From: a phage
Sequence record: EF517108.1
DNA length: 555 nt
Strand: one strand, 5' to 3'
Shown here in pieces: positions 1 through 555 of this stretch (its first letter is position 1; every line of letters starts with the position of its first letter). Both the position numbers and the translations under genes were made by a program. The notes below the pieces were generated by a model. That model worked only from the letters and a program-made list of their open reading frames with translations, was not told the DNA's origin and searched no databases.

Positions 1-99
1 TAGAGTGCATAAAGTATGCATAATGGTGTACCTAGAGTGACCTCTAAGAATGGTGATTATATTGTATTAGTATCACCTTAACTTAAGGACCAACATAAA

Positions 100-107
100 G
101 GGAGGAG
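100..107 (+). promoter_or_regulatory. Shine-Dalgarno ribosome binding site for the 112-261 CDS
   Basis: GGGAGGAG at 100-107 (core GGAGG 101-105), 6-nt spacer (AGACTC) before the ATG at 112. Read directly from the sequence. Confidence 0.7.
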
Positions 108-111
108 ACTC

Positions 112-261
112 ATGTTCCGCTTATTGTTGAACCTACTGCGGCATAGAGTCACCTACCGATTTCTTGTGGTACTTTGTGTTGCCCTTGGGTACGCATCTCT
201 TATTGGAGACCTCAGTTCACTGGAGTCTGTCGTTTGCTCTATACTCACTTGTACCGATTAG
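112..261 (+). CDS. 19.5: Small hydrophobic phage protein of unknown function, 49 aa (T7 gene 19.5-like); translation MFRLLLNLLRHRVTYRFLVVLCVALGYASLIGDLSSLESVVCSILTCTD
   Basis: ATG at 112 preceded by a strong SD; open frame of 49 codons ending at TAG 259-261. Basic N-terminus (R3, R10, H11, R12, R16), then a hydrophobic stretch (about residues 17-31), then a Cys-containing tail (C22, C42, C47). Position (last gene before the right-end repeats and terminal repeat) and length match what I recall of T7 gene 19.5; the exact residue identity to T7 was not verified by alignment. Confidence 0.8.
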   Translation: MFRLLLNLLRHRVTYRFLVVLCVALGYASLIGDLSSLESVVCSILTCTD

Positions 262-500
262 GGTCTTCCTGACCGACTGATGGCTCACCGAGGGATTCAG
301 CGATATGATTGCATCACACCACTTCATCCCTATAGAGTCAAGTTCTAAGGAATACCCATAAAGAGCCTCTAATGGTCTATTCTAAGGTCTATACCTAAAG
401 ATAGGCCATCCTATCAGTGTCACCTAAAGAGGGTCTTAGAGAGGGCCTATGGAGTTCCTATAGGGTCCTTTAAAATATACCATAAAAATCTGAGTGACTA
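262..500. other. Non-coding right-end region between the last gene and the terminal repeat
   Basis: No ORF longer than about 22 codons on the + strand and none with a credible RBS on either strand; dense with short repeats and small palindromes. Consistent with the non-coding right end of T7-group genomes. Confidence 0.6.
343..429. repeat. Array of imperfect heptamer-type short repeats (CCTAAAG family), resembling the short-repeat region inside the right end of T7
   Basis: Copies read from the sequence: TTCTAAGG 343-350, CCCATAAAG 355-363, TTCTAAGG 380-387, CCTAAAG 394-400, CCTAAAG 423-429. Further copies lie inside the terminal repeat (CCTAAAG 517-523 and 541-547), and related copies occur upstream (CATAAAG 8-14 and 94-100). 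A 7-bp direct repeat GGTCTAT sits at 374-380 and 386-392. Confidence 0.6.
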
Positions 501-555
501 TCTCACAGTGTACGGACCTAAAGTTCCCCCATAGGGGGTACCTAAAGCCCAGCCA
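501..555. repeat. Start of the right-hand direct terminal repeat (terminal redundancy) of a T7-like genome; the repeat continues beyond the window
   Basis: TCTCACAGTGTACGGACCTAAAGTTCCCCCATAGGGGGTACCTAAAGCCCAGCCA matches my recollection of the first 55 bases of the T7 genome left end. The boundary cannot be proven from this window alone because the other copy is not present here. Confidence 0.6.
524..540. other. Short GC-clamped hairpin / inverted repeat (CCCCC-ATA-GGGGG) within the terminal repeat
   Basis: CCCCC at 526-530 and GGGGG at 534-538 are reverse complements separated by a 3-nt loop (ATA), with an additional T-A pair possible at 524/540. Flanked by CCTAAAG repeats on both sides. Function not assignable from sequence. 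Confidence 0.4.

Noticed and set aside
6-20. Inverted repeat TGCAT-AAAGT-ATGCA (5-bp stem, 5-nt loop)
   Set aside because: Stem is short and AT-containing, expected by chance in a 555-bp window; no flanking signal suggests function.
16-81. Small + strand ORF (ATG 16 to TAA 79-81, 21 codons)
   Set aside because: Very short, no recognisable Shine-Dalgarno upstream, lies in the leader region upstream of the real CDS; most likely chance.
262-300. Rho-independent terminator immediately after the CDS
   Set aside because: No GC-rich stem-loop followed by a T-run is present downstream of the stop codon. The only strong GC hairpin (526-538) is not followed by a U-tract.
217-327. Minus-strand ORF of about 36 codons (start codon complementary to 325-327, stop complementary to 217-219), antisense to the 3' end of the 112-261 CDS
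   Set aside because: No credible RBS, overlaps the well-supported + strand gene, and is no longer than chance ORFs expected in this composition.
328-340. T7-type phage promoter
   Set aside because: Only the CTATAG core is shared; neither strand carries the full conserved TAATACGACTCACTATAG sequence, so a functional T7 RNA polymerase promoter is not supported.
280-348. Small + strand ORF (ATG 280 to TAA 346-348, 22 codons)
   Set aside because: No RBS, located in the repeat-rich non-coding end region; too short to support.
343-547. Possible CRISPR array suggested by the repeated short motifs
   Set aside because: Repeat unit is only about 7 bp with irregular spacing and no spacer-repeat periodicity; CRISPR repeats are typically 24-48 bp with regular spacers. 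This is a phage-end short-repeat array.
1-555. A novel or undescribed biological system (defence, anti-defence, toxin-antitoxin, mobile element)
   Set aside because: Every part of the window is accounted for by known T7 right-end architecture (last small gene, short-repeat region, terminal repeat). There are no integrase, transposase or inverted-terminal-repeat signatures, and there is no room for additional genes.

Overview
This 555-bp window reads as the right end of a T7-group (Teseptimavirus-like) podophage genome, and from memory it looks essentially identical to coliphage T7 itself; I could not run an alignment, so that identification rests on recognition. It contains one convincing coding region (112-261, + strand, 49 codons, strong Shine-Dalgarno) that I recognise as the small hydrophobic T7 gene 19.5 protein. 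Downstream of it (262-500) is a non-coding stretch carrying CCTAAAG / CATAAAG / CTAAGG heptamer-type short repeats. At about position 501 the sequence becomes TCTCACAGTGTACGGACCTAAAGTTCCCCCATAGGGGG..., which matches the known first bases of the T7 genome and therefore marks the left edge of the right-hand direct terminal repeat. I see no evidence of a novel or undescribed system: the window is fully explained by known T7 genome-end architecture. The observations worth a second look are small-scale ones (repeat array, hairpin, recurring motif, the orphan small protein).
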